Shown: positions 27,099 to 34,812 of the stretch, piece by piece
How positions within the stretch are numbered: the stretch's first letter is position 1
Layout of the letters: each line of letters begins with the position of its first letter
IMG/VR virus record: IMGVR_UViG_3300028369_000016
Span: 1 to 36,890 of that record
Source of the DNA: a virus
Lineage: Duplodnaviria > Caudoviricetes
Length of the DNA: 36,890 nucleotides
Direction: 5' to 3' (one strand)
Made by a program: the position numbers and the translations under genes
Notes under the pieces: model-generated
The model's input: the letters and a program-made list of their open reading frames with translations, nothing else
Databases searched by the model: none
Told to the model about the DNA's origin: nothing

Positions 27099-27346
27099 CC
27101 AGCGTAGTCAACCTTTACGACGGCGGGCCTGCATCATCGGCGGGAAACCCTGACCTCGTGGAGCAACTAGAAGAATTGCTTGAGCGCGCCAAGGCCGGTT
27201 CGATCACGGCAATGGGCATGGCGATTGTAAACAGTGACGGGTCCGTGGGCACGCGCTGGTCTGGCGGCGATCTGACCATTCCAATGATTGCGGCCATATC
27301 AATGTTGCATCACGAATTTCTAACCGGGGTTGGGGGTGGCACATGA
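27095..27346 (+). CDS. Hypothetical protein
   Basis: V..LEELLERAKAG.I motif; ATGA-coupled on both sides. Confidence 0.65.
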   Translation: MTSVVNLYDGGPASSAGNPDLVEQLEELLERAKAGSITAMGMAIVNSDGSVGTRWSGGDLTIPMIAAISMLHHEFLTGVGGGT

Positions 27347-27609
27347 TCGCCGCAATCCTATCCAGCCGCCCCGTGCGCTGGATTATAGGCGCAGGGGTGG
27401 CGGTCCTTGGGTTTCTGGGCATCATCATGGCCCAGCGACGTGACGCCGCCAAGGATGCACTCACACAAGCGGAAAATGCTGAGGCTCGGAACTACATCAA
27501 CACGCGCAAGGAGATCGACAATGCGGACCTTGGTATTGGTGCCACTGATGCTGGCAGGATTGAGCGGTTGCACGACATTGCAGACAGGCAGCGCGGCGGC
27601 GGCGATTGA
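27343..27609 (+). CDS. Inner-membrane spanin (Rz-like)
   Basis: N-terminal TM plus helical periplasmic part; overlapped by a lipoprotein ORF. Confidence 0.7.
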   Translation: MIAAILSSRPVRWIIGAGVAVLGFLGIIMAQRRDAAKDALTQAENAEARNYINTRKEIDNADLGIGATDAGRIERLHDIADRQRGGGD

Positions 27610-27721
27610 CGCCAGCGCGCCGTTTGTCGGACCGTGTGCTGGTGCATTGGCTGGCGATGATCTGCCTGCCGCCCGTGAGCGGTGCCTGCCGATACTGGTT
27701 ATTCTGGACGGTGCGCGGTGA
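27521..27721 (+). CDS. Outer-membrane spanin lipoprotein (Rz1-like)
   Basis: AAGGAG RBS; MRTLVLVPLMLAGLSG-C lipobox; starts inside the Rz-like gene in the +1 frame. Confidence 0.7.
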   Translation: MRTLVLVPLMLAGLSGCTTLQTGSAAAAIDASAPFVGPCAGALAGDDLPAARERCLPILVILDGAR

Positions 27722-27999
27722 GTGAGCCACTGCGCGTATCTTGCCTGCACGAGGCGGCAACGCTAACCGCAGGCGATAGGGAAGCCACCTATGGCCCGCC
27801 CGTCCAAAACATGCAGCACATTGCGGACATATTCAACGCATGGACCGGGCGAGACCTGACCGCGCGGGAAGTTGCCCAACTGCACATCGCAACCAAACTG
27901 GCCAGATCACAGACAAGCCCAACACACCGGGACAGCTACGTTGACACAATGGCCTATCGTGGGATTGAATACGAATGTGCGGTTGCCGCACTGAAATAA
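27718..27999 (+). CDS. DUF6378-like protein
   Basis: DR..TYG.P..N...IA......K.AR......DSYVD..AY; GTGA overlap with the upstream stop. Confidence 0.75.
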   Translation: MSEPLRVSCLHEAATLTAGDREATYGPPVQNMQHIADIFNAWTGRDLTAREVAQLHIATKLARSQTSPTHRDSYVDTMAYRGIEYECAVAALK

Positions 28000-28120
28000 G
28001 GGAAAGACGCCATGAAGCATCTACTCGCCACCGCCGCACTTATTGCCGCCGCATCTACCGCGACTGCACCGCCTGCCCGCACATGCGCGGCACTGAATGG
28101 TGGAACGGGGAGTTGATGTA

Positions 28121-29353
28121 ATGCCTACGCCGCCTCTATCACATGAGGCGATGCAGGAAGCCGTTGACGCCGTAAGAAAGCACGGCTCGCAATCCGCTGC
28201 CGCGCGGTGGCTTAAAATGCCCGAAAAGACATTCAACAGCCGCTATAAGCGCGCCGTAGATGCCGGGTTACACCTGTCCGAAGGCGCAAGGGCCATGATG
28301 AAGCTGTCCGGCCTGGGCGGCGCGGAAATCAACGGCGGGTGGGTTGCGGTCCTAGATGACAATGGCCAGAAGATCGGCAACAACCGATGGACCGCGCCAA
28401 CGTCATCCGAAGAAACAAGCCAATTCCTTGACATGATCCGGGGCGCGATCGATGATCTGCGCGACGAAACATTCCCGGCGTATGAAGTTCGGCCCGCACC
28501 TGATGGCGATTGCCTGCTGATCATTGACCTTGCGGACGTGCATGTCGGCAAACTGTCTGTCGAGACTGAAACCGGCCACGCCTACAGCCGCGATATTGCC
28601 GTGCATCGGATGGTGGAGGGCACGCGCGAATTGATCCGCAAGGCATCGGGATCGGGCATCGGGCGCATCCTGTTCGTTCTGGGCAATGACGTTTTGCATG
28701 TGGACAACGCGCGATCCACCACGACAAGCGGCACCTATCAGGACAGCGCGGGCACGGTCCACCAGATTTACCGCGATGCATTTGCAGGCTATGTCAAGTG
28801 CATTGAATTGGCCCGCCTTACCGCGCCCGTCGATCTGATATTCTGTCCGTCAAATCACGATTGGCTGATGGGGTGGTGCATCGCGCAGCAGGTCGGCGCT
28901 TGGTTCCGCAATGCGCCGGACGTGACCGCAACCGATTATAACCTGTCGGAACTGCATCGCAAATACTACCGCTTTGAGGCCAACCTGATCGGCCTGACAC
29001 ATGGCGACGGCGCGAAGGAAGCGGACCTGTATCCGCTGATGATGACCGAGGCCCGCGCGCATGTTTCAGACTGCCTGCACCGCTACTGGTATCTCCACCA
29101 CGTCCACCACAAGACGCGCAAGGCGGTGGGCGTCACGACGCACAAGCGGGAAAAAGATCACATTGGAATGACCATGATGCACAACGCGGCCCGCAGTATG
29201 GAAGGCGACAACATCCAGATTGAGCATGTTCGCAGCCCGTCACCGCCCGACGGCTGGCATAATCGCAATGGATACATCAATCGGCAGGCGGTGGAGTGTT
29301 TCGTGCATCACCCATACGACGGCCAAGACGGGCGGTTTACTGTGTGGTTCTAG
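28121..29353 (+). CDS. Calcineurin-like metallophosphoesterase with N-terminal HTH
   Basis: ADVHVG, GND..H.D, SNHD, HGD and HVHH motifs; N-terminal HGSQSAAARWL....TF..R. Confidence 0.82.
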   Translation: MPTPPLSHEAMQEAVDAVRKHGSQSAAARWLKMPEKTFNSRYKRAVDAGLHLSEGARAMMKLSGLGGAEINGGWVAVLDDNGQKIGNNRWTAPTSSEETSQFLDMIRGAIDDLRDETFPAYEVRPAPDGDCLLIIDLADVHVGKLSVETETGHAYSRDIAVHRMVEGTRELIRKASGSGIGRILFVLGNDVLHVDNARSTTTSGTYQDSAGTVHQIYRDAFAGYVKCIELARLTAPVDLIFCPSNHDWLMGWCIAQQVGAWFRNAPDVTATDYNLSELHRKYYRFEANLIGLTHGDGAKEADLYPLMMTEARAHVSDCLHRYWYLHHVHHKTRKAVGVTTHKREKDHIGMTMMHNAARSMEGDNIQIEHVRSPSPPDGWHNRNGYINRQAVECFVHHPYDGQDGRFTVWF

Positions 29354-29439
29354 GTGCATTGCCTTTGCATTACCAAGCGCGGGCTTCTATTGATCCTCTG
29401 GAACGGGATTGACTTACACACCGCATCGTCACAAGATGC

Positions 29440-29524
29440 ACATCCTACCGGACGTAGGCATCCCCTCCCTGGTGGCGTCCGGTCACTCGCCCCCGCGTGT
29501 TAAATCACGCGGGGGCTTTTTTTA
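29440..29524 (+). ncRNA. Putative small regulatory RNA with anti-Shine-Dalgarno loop
   Basis: TTGACT-17-CAAGAT promoter-like sequence from 29409; stem ACCGGACG/CGTCCGGT enclosing CCCCTCCC; then an intrinsic terminator. Confidence 0.55.
29489..29524 (+). terminator. Rho-independent terminator
   Basis: GCCCCCGCGTG-TTAAAT-CACGCGGGGGC followed by a T8 tract, at the convergence of the two genome arms. Confidence 0.9.
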
Positions 29525-29532
29525 TGGCATTA

Positions 29533-30147
29533 TCAGCGCGTGCCGCCCAAGACCGCCTCCACCCCGACAAACCACGCGGTGCTGTTGCCCTGCAATGATT
29601 GGGATACCTTGCCATAGACCGACACTCGGTCGCTGATACCATAGCGGACGCCAAGGGATATCGCTTCAAAGTTGTCGCCGCCTTGGATGATGCCACCGAT
29701 ACCCCCGCCGATGGACCAGTCGCCCTCGCCCGGTGTGCGCAACTCAAGGCCACCAAGCGCAGTGGATGCAGCAACGCTATGGCCGTAGCGGTCCATCATC
29801 CGGTCGAAGCTGTCCTGCGGGAACACGGCATCAGCCCCATCCGCACCATCGCGCGCCTCAAGCCCCGTGATAACCACATCGCGGCGTGAGATATTGCCAT
29901 CAGCACCCGCGCGCATGTCCTGCGTTTGCAGGGTCAGCGTTCCTGTCGTGGGGTCATATGTGCCGGATACAAGCCGCTGATCCTCGTCGTTCAGTTCACG
30001 CATGGCACGCACCACATTGGCCGGGGTGCGAAGCTGCGGGTTGTTTTCCAATCGTTGCAGTTGGCACCCTGCATTGCAGCCTTGCGCGTAGACGGGCGCG
30101 GCCATAAGGGTCAGAGCGGCGGCGGTTATCATAAGGGTCTTTTTCAT
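29533..30147 (-). CDS. Secreted protein with YadA-like trimeric autotransporter anchor
   Basis: Signal peptide MKKTLMITAAALTLMAAPVYA; C-terminal VAASTAL helix then four beta strands (WSIGGGIGG, AISLGVRY, VSVYGKVS, AWFVGVEA). Confidence 0.7.
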   Translation of the reverse strand: MKKTLMITAAALTLMAAPVYAQGCNAGCQLQRLENNPQLRTPANVVRAMRELNDEDQRLVSGTYDPTTGTLTLQTQDMRAGADGNISRRDVVITGLEARDGADGADAVFPQDSFDRMMDRYGHSVAASTALGGLELRTPGEGDWSIGGGIGGIIQGGDNFEAISLGVRYGISDRVSVYGKVSQSLQGNSTAWFVGVEAVLGGTR

Positions 30148-30181
30148 TGGGTGGTCTCCAGGTTATGCCCATTGCGGGCGG

Positions 30182-30352
30182 TTATGCGGCGTATTCTTTT
30201 TCTGTGATCTGGCGTCTAACGTCCCAAAGATCATTCCGCGCCTTCCATAGCGCGTCCAGCCCTTCATGGCCGAGGCGGTCCTTGTTTTCCAGCATTATGA
30301 TAACTGTCACAAGGTGGCGCTTTTGGGTAAATAGATCGTCAAGCGTGGCCAT
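30182..30352 (-). CDS. Hypothetical protein
   Basis: MATLDDLFTQKRHL...; TGATG coupling with the upstream small ORF. Confidence 0.6.
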   Translation of the reverse strand: MATLDDLFTQKRHLVTVIIMLENKDRLGHEGLDALWKARNDLWDVRRQITEKEYAA

Positions 30353-30453
30353 CAAAAAGCCCCCACAAGCAGCACGACCGTGGCCACACAAAGAACGATG
30401 CAGGCGAACAGCGCGATGGCGTCAAACAGCCAGCGGCGAATGCGGCCCCTCAT
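30352..30453 (-). CDS. 33-aa single-TM peptide
   Basis: MRGRIRRWLFDAIALFACIVLCVATVVLLVGAF; coupled at both ends (ATGA, TGATG). Confidence 0.55.
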   Translation of the reverse strand: MRGRIRRWLFDAIALFACIVLCVATVVLLVGAF

Positions 30454-30653
30454 GGCTTAGCATCCGGCGCGGCGTAGACAGCCTCGCCCAAGTCACGATC
30501 CGCCAGCGCGGCCCGTAGCGCGTCTACGTCGTCTACGTGGATGAGGTCATGCAGCATCCCGTGCAACTCTGACCAGTCGTCATAGGTCAGATTGCCGGGG
30601 CGTGTGTTGCGCACGACATCTAGCCATGCGAGTGTGTTTGCGGTGGTGGTCAT
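30450..30653 (-). CDS. Hypothetical protein
   Basis: ATGA-coupled member of the leftward small-gene operon. Confidence 0.6.
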   Translation of the reverse strand: MTTTANTLAWLDVVRNTRPGNLTYDDWSELHGMLHDLIHVDDVDALRAALADRDLGEAVYAAPDAKP

Positions 30654-31039
30654 GTCGGCACCGGCCCGGCCAGCAGGTTGTCGGACATTGCCTTGACTGT
30701 CAGGCGCAGAGGCGTGACGTATTCATCGGCGATTCCGTCACTGTGCGCCGCGTGTATGCAATCAGCAACGCGCGCCATGTGGCGGTGTAGCTTGGCGTTT
30801 TCCAGATCGGGCAAGGCTGCGATAATGCGGTCTGCATCGTCAAGAGCGGCTTCTGGGGTATCACCGGTAGCAGTGCCTATAATGTAGTCGTTGCCGTTCC
30901 CGTAGTTGCGACAAAGGTCAACGCTGCAAACATTATCTCTAATCTTTAGTGATGGCCCAATCCAAGGCGTTTCGCCGGTCTTGTCCAAGATCGCCGCGCC
31001 GATGGCGTAAAGGCGGGCGGTGGTTTCTGTAACGTCCAT
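30650..31039 (-). CDS. Hypothetical protein
   Basis: GAGGAG RBS before MDVTETT... Confidence 0.7.
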   Translation of the reverse strand: MDVTETTARLYAIGAAILDKTGETPWIGPSLKIRDNVCSVDLCRNYGNGNDYIIGTATGDTPEAALDDADRIIAALPDLENAKLHRHMARVADCIHAAHSDGIADEYVTPLRLTVKAMSDNLLAGPVPT

Positions 31040-31049
31040 GTCGTTCTCC

Positions 31050-31223
31050 TCACTTCGTTGGTTTGAATATCGAGCCGATACCACGGCCCGCTAGGTATCC
31101 CGCAATGCGACGGCCAATGCGCTTGGGTATGGCCGTGCCGGGTTTGCGGTGAGTTAACGCTTGCACGTCCCCGGCGATCCGGGCGATGGCGTAGAGGTGG
31201 GTGCGGAGCTTGCTGATGGTCAT
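31050..31223 (-). CDS. Small basic amphipathic protein (57 aa)
   Basis: MTISKLRTHLYAIARIAGDVQALTHRKPGTAIPKRIGRRIAGYLAGRGIGSIFKPTK; ATGA-coupled; below the track cut-off. Confidence 0.6.
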   Translation of the reverse strand: MTISKLRTHLYAIARIAGDVQALTHRKPGTAIPKRIGRRIAGYLAGRGIGSIFKPTK

Positions 31224-31378
31224 GGGGCTTTAGCCGCCATGGATTGCATCACATACGCGAGCCAGCGCGTTGCAAAGTCGTCGCCGCGTTCAACATCAAT
31301 GGCAATTTCCAATGCCCTTGCGGGCGATATGCCAAACTTTGTCAGTGCGGTGATAATTTCTGGGCGCGTCATTTTCAT
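31220..31378 (-). CDS. Hypothetical protein (52 aa)
   Basis: AGGAGG RBS; MKMTRPEIITALTKFGISPARALEIAIDVERGDDFATRWLAYVMQSMAAKAP. Confidence 0.6.
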   Translation of the reverse strand: MKMTRPEIITALTKFGISPARALEIAIDVERGDDFATRWLAYVMQSMAAKAP

Positions 31379-31423
31379 CCTCCTATCGGTGTGGTGTCCC
31401 CGGCGCGTGGCCGAGGCTTGGGG

Positions 31424-31627
31424 TTATGCGGCGCGGCAAACCATCTTGTCGTGGCATGTTTTCAGGTTCATGTAATCTTCAATCGCAGCGGCGTGAACCA
31501 TCTCAAGGCGGGTCTGCTCCATTGGGGTGCCCGACATGATCACTTCGCAGAGTTTGTCGCGTGCTTGATCCATGCGCATCCGTGCGATTTCCATGTCGTT
31601 TTCAATTTGTGCTATGGTGCGGATCAT
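31424..31627 (-). CDS. Hypothetical protein
   Basis: CAGGAG RBS before MIRTIAQIE...; promoter-like sequence upstream. Confidence 0.65.
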   Translation of the reverse strand: MIRTIAQIENDMEIARMRMDQARDKLCEVIMSGTPMEQTRLEMVHAAAIEDYMNLKTCHDKMVCRAA

Positions 31628-31660
31628 GTCGGTATCTCCTGGTTGCGTTTCTCTTACCCA

Positions 31661-31690
31661 TGTATAGGACCAATGGCCCCCTACCGTCAA
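31661..31690 (-). promoter_or_regulatory. Sigma70-like promoter
   Basis: TTGACG-18 nt-TATACA on the minus strand; the spacer contains the imperfect palindrome GGGCCATTGGTCC. Confidence 0.55.
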
Positions 31691-31875
31691 GCACTATTTT
31701 TAACCGCCACCATGAGCCTGATCGCATACGCCGCCACCCTGCTAACGGCGCGCTCTCCATTCTCCCATCGCCGGATCGTGCGCTCGCCGTTGTCAGTCAT
31801 GCCCCATTCTGTGGCAAGCTGGATTTGCGTCAGGCCCAGTGACAGGCGGGCGTTGCGGAATTGGTCGGGGGTCAT
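31687..31875 (-). CDS. XRE/Cro-like HTH regulator
   Basis: MTPDQFRNARLSLGLTQIQLA..WG......RTIRRWENGER. Confidence 0.85.
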   Translation of the reverse strand: MTPDQFRNARLSLGLTQIQLATEWGMTDNGERTIRRWENGERAVSRVAAYAIRLMVAVKNSA

Positions 31876-32087
31876 GTGGTGATGTCCTTCATGCTAGCGC
31901 GTTTAAAGCATTCCCGAATCAGCCATGCGCGCAGAAAGCTGACGACGAAATACATGCCCGTAATGCCACCAGCCTGCATGGCTGACGGTTGCAGCCCCCA
32001 CAATGGCAGCGCAAGGAACGTGATGGCCCAAGATACGACAAGTCCCACAGCAGCGTTCGTTAGGGCCTCTATGGCGCTCATGGTCAT
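31872..32087 (-). CDS. Small membrane protein
   Basis: S.IEA.TN..VG..VS...two TM segments...S..R.W.IR..F. Confidence 0.7.
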   Translation of the reverse strand: MTMSAIEALTNAAVGLVVSWAITFLALPLWGLQPSAMQAGGITGMYFVVSFLRAWLIRECFKRASMKDITT

Positions 32088-32794
32088 ATCATCGGCTCCT
32101 GCTTGGGTTGCGGATCAGGCGGCGTCACGAACATGTCAGGCTGGCGGGTGGCCTCGTCTACGCGGCGGCAAGCTATGTCGAAATAGTCCGGGTCCAGTTC
32201 AATCCCCGTTCCGCTGCGGCCTAAACGCTGGCAGGCGACAAGGGTTGTGCCGCTGCCCATAAATGGGTCGAGGATTGTTTCGTCTGTTGCAGTATACCTT
32301 TGAACCATTCGCACCATAATGTTTAACGGTTTAGGGCAAACGTGCAGCTTTGATTCCTTGTCTCTTTGAAAGCCAACAGAACCGCCGCCGCTTATGTGAT
32401 ATGTGTCTGTTTTCGTAATTCCGTTTACATTACCGAACCCCTTGAGGTCTAACCCATATAGTAAAACTGGCGTCCACTGACTGTAACCAAACTTGCCAAA
32501 TGATCCTGTTGTGTTCCAGTTTATACACCCAAGCCAATCACAGGCAGGATACTCATGGACTTGAGACGGGCCGCAGAGAATTATCATTCTCTGAAAAGAA
32601 TCTCGATGCGTAAATAAGCCAGAAACTAACGCCCTTAGATTTTCCCTTGTGTCCTCATATCTGGCGTATTCAAAGTTTATCCCATAAGGCGGATCAGTCA
32701 CCACCGCATCAAACATCCCAAGCCCCGGCATAACCTGCAAGCAATCTCCCAATATCAGCCGCTGCCCGCCTATGCGTTCCTCGCGTATGATCAC
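32084..32794 (-). CDS. N6-adenine/N4-cytosine DNA methyltransferase
   Basis: GDCL, VTDPPYG, H.CPKP, LDPFMGSGTT, GIELDP.YFDIAC.R; GTG start at 32794 is coupled to the upstream stop. Confidence 0.92.
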   Translation of the reverse strand: MIIREERIGGQRLILGDCLQVMPGLGMFDAVVTDPPYGINFEYARYEDTRENLRALVSGLFTHRDSFQRMIILCGPSQVHEYPACDWLGCINWNTTGSFGKFGYSQWTPVLLYGLDLKGFGNVNGITKTDTYHISGGGSVGFQRDKESKLHVCPKPLNIMVRMVQRYTATDETILDPFMGSGTTLVACQRLGRSGTGIELDPDYFDIACRRVDEATRQPDMFVTPPDPQPKQEPMI

Positions 32795-33003
32795 ACCACA
32801 CCCCCAGACAGCGCATCGGCTAGGCTCATGCCATACCACAACTGGCACAGGCGCGCGGCAACTACAGCGCTAGCACGTTGCCTGTGCGCCGCGTCCCGCC
32901 TCACATACTCGTTGCGCGCGGCCTGCACAGTGAACGCGCGGATTTCCGGGTGGCCCCAATGTGCAACGGCGGCAGAACTGCGGTCTATGGCGTAGTAGGT
33001 CAT
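32791..33003 (-). CDS. Hypothetical protein
   Basis: MTYYAIDRSS...; coupled on both sides. Confidence 0.55.
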   Translation of the reverse strand: MTYYAIDRSSAAVAHWGHPEIRAFTVQAARNEYVRRDAAHRQRASAVVAARLCQLWYGMSLADALSGGVV

Positions 33004-33116
33004 TTGGCACCCCCAGACATAATCCGCAGCGCATCCGCAATGACGGGCGCGTAAGGCGCGCGGCGGGTGTCTGCACCCTTGCGCCTGCATGTGTCCTGTC
33101 GTATTTGTTTGGTCAT
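33000..33116 (-). CDS. Hypothetical protein (38 aa)
   Basis: AAGGAGG RBS; MTKQIRQDTCRRKGADTRRAPYAPVIADALRIMSGGAK. Confidence 0.45.
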   Translation of the reverse strand: MTKQIRQDTCRRKGADTRRAPYAPVIADALRIMSGGAK

Positions 33117-33178
33117 TGGCGAAATCCTCCTTCGCTGATCGGGCGGGATCGAGGTTGTGGTGGCCTCTCCCGCCCAAC

Positions 33179-33208
33179 TTTATAAGCACAACAGCCCGCG
33201 CGCGTCAA
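33179..33208 (-). promoter_or_regulatory. Sigma70-like promoter
   Basis: TTGACG-18 nt-TATAAA on the minus strand, just after the helicase stop. Confidence 0.6.
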
Positions 33209-33215
33209 CACGACA

Positions 33216-34559
33216 TTAGCCCTTCGGTTTCAGCGCAGACAGCAATGACTTTTGCGTTGCGTCTTTGCTGGCCAAGACATTCAAAACCCGCTCGTCAATC
33301 GTATCGCGCCCGACAAGATGAATAATACGGACAGGGCGCGCCTGCCCCTGGCGATGCAGTCGGGCATTGAATTGTAGATAGTATTCAAGGTTCCACGTCA
33401 TCCCAAACCAAACACACAGCGCCCCGCCGCTTTGAAGATTCAGGCCATGCCCGGCACTTGCAGGATGGGCCAGCAACATCGGGATACCTCCACAGTTCCA
33501 GCGGTCTATCGTGCTTTGCTCTTTGTCCAGCGCAACAGCCTGCGGAAAGCGTTTGCGCAATCTCTCCAAGTCGCTTTTGAAGTTATAAGCGACAAGCATG
33601 GTTTCGCCCGCGTTATCATCCACAATGTCGGAAAGGGCATCCAGCTTTGCCTTGTGTGTTTCACACCAAGCGCCGTTGGCGTCGGTATACATTGCCCCGT
33701 TGGCGTATTGCATCAGCTTGCCCGCAAGCACGCCAGCGTTGATAGCCTCAACTTTGTGGCCGTCATCAAGTTCGGCTAGTGAAGTCTTTTCAAAATCTTT
33801 ATACCCCGCAAACGCTTTTGCCCCCAAATCGACAGGGGCAGTGATGTCAATCCTGTCTGGCAGATCAAGGTAGTCATCTGCGCTCATGTGCATGACGCAA
33901 TCCGACACAAGGCCCTGTATCTTATCGGCAGACCCGGCCCGCAATTCGTATCTGTGTCCAAAGTAATCAGTGTCGAAGAACCGCTGGCGAAACCCTGTCA
34001 GGGTTCGGCCAAGGCGTTGCCCATAATCAACCAAATACATCTGCGCCCATAAATCGTGCAAGCCGTTCGGGCTGGGCGTTCCTGTCAGCAAAACCATCCG
34101 CTGGATGTTCGGCAACATCTTTTTCAGAGCCTTGAACCGCTTGCTTTGCGCGTTTTTGAACGTGCTGCTTTCGTCAATCACAACCATGTCAAACGGCCAG
34201 TTGTCACTATAATGGGCAACGATCCACGGGACGTTCTCTTTGTTTATGACGTAGACATCAGCCGACTTGAACAACGCCGCCGTGCGCGCCCTAACCGGAC
34301 CTGTCGCCACCGACACCCGCAAGTGTTCAGTATGCCCCCACTTGCGCGCCTCCTGCGCCCACACGCTATTGCAGACGCGCAAGGGCGCAATCACAAGCAC
34401 CTTGCCAACAAGGCCCGCGCCGATCATGTCAGCGATGGCTGTCAGTGTTGACACCGATTTGCCCAAACCCATATCCAAAGCAAGGACGCAGCCTTTTTTT
34501 TCAATCGCGTAGTCAACGGCTTTTGCCTGATACTCGTGCATGTCATCCCGTGAAAGCAT
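33216..34559 (-). CDS. SNF2-family helicase
   Basis: LDMGLGKS, IAPLRV, VIDESS, LTGTP, HPASAGHGLNLQ and RLHRQGQ. Confidence 0.93.
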   Translation of the reverse strand: MLSRDDMHEYQAKAVDYAIEKKGCVLALDMGLGKSVSTLTAIADMIGAGLVGKVLVIAPLRVCNSVWAQEARKWGHTEHLRVSVATGPVRARTAALFKSADVYVINKENVPWIVAHYSDNWPFDMVVIDESSTFKNAQSKRFKALKKMLPNIQRMVLLTGTPSPNGLHDLWAQMYLVDYGQRLGRTLTGFRQRFFDTDYFGHRYELRAGSADKIQGLVSDCVMHMSADDYLDLPDRIDITAPVDLGAKAFAGYKDFEKTSLAELDDGHKVEAINAGVLAGKLMQYANGAMYTDANGAWCETHKAKLDALSDIVDDNAGETMLVAYNFKSDLERLRKRFPQAVALDKEQSTIDRWNCGGIPMLLAHPASAGHGLNLQSGGALCVWFGMTWNLEYYLQFNARLHRQGQARPVRIIHLVGRDTIDERVLNVLASKDATQKSLLSALKPKG

Positions 34560-34812
34560 TGGCGTCATCCTTGCTGTCGATGATCCGCACATCACAACCC
34601 AAAGCCCGTCGCCTTGCATGGTCTCGCCCCTGCAACTCGGTCGGCTTTTTGCCCGGTGCTTTCAACTCGACAAAAACAACCCGGCCACCCGGCAGTGTTA
34701 CAATGCGGTCAGGCACAGACCTGCGCCCTGGTGATGTGAATTTTTCGCATGTTCCCCCAAGGGTTTTGACGCGGCGCACAAGCGCGTTTTCAATATCTTT
34801 TTCAAATGTCAT
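34543..34812 (-). CDS. VRR-NUC domain nuclease (in frame with the upstream C5 MTase)
   Basis: EKDIE..L...V...GG...KF.SPG...VPDR......G...FVELKAPG...T.LQ; GGAG upstream of ATG 34812. Confidence 0.85.
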   Translation of the reverse strand: MTFEKDIENALVRRVKTLGGTCEKFTSPGRRSVPDRIVTLPGGRVVFVELKAPGKKPTELQGRDHARRRALGCDVRIIDSKDDANAFTG

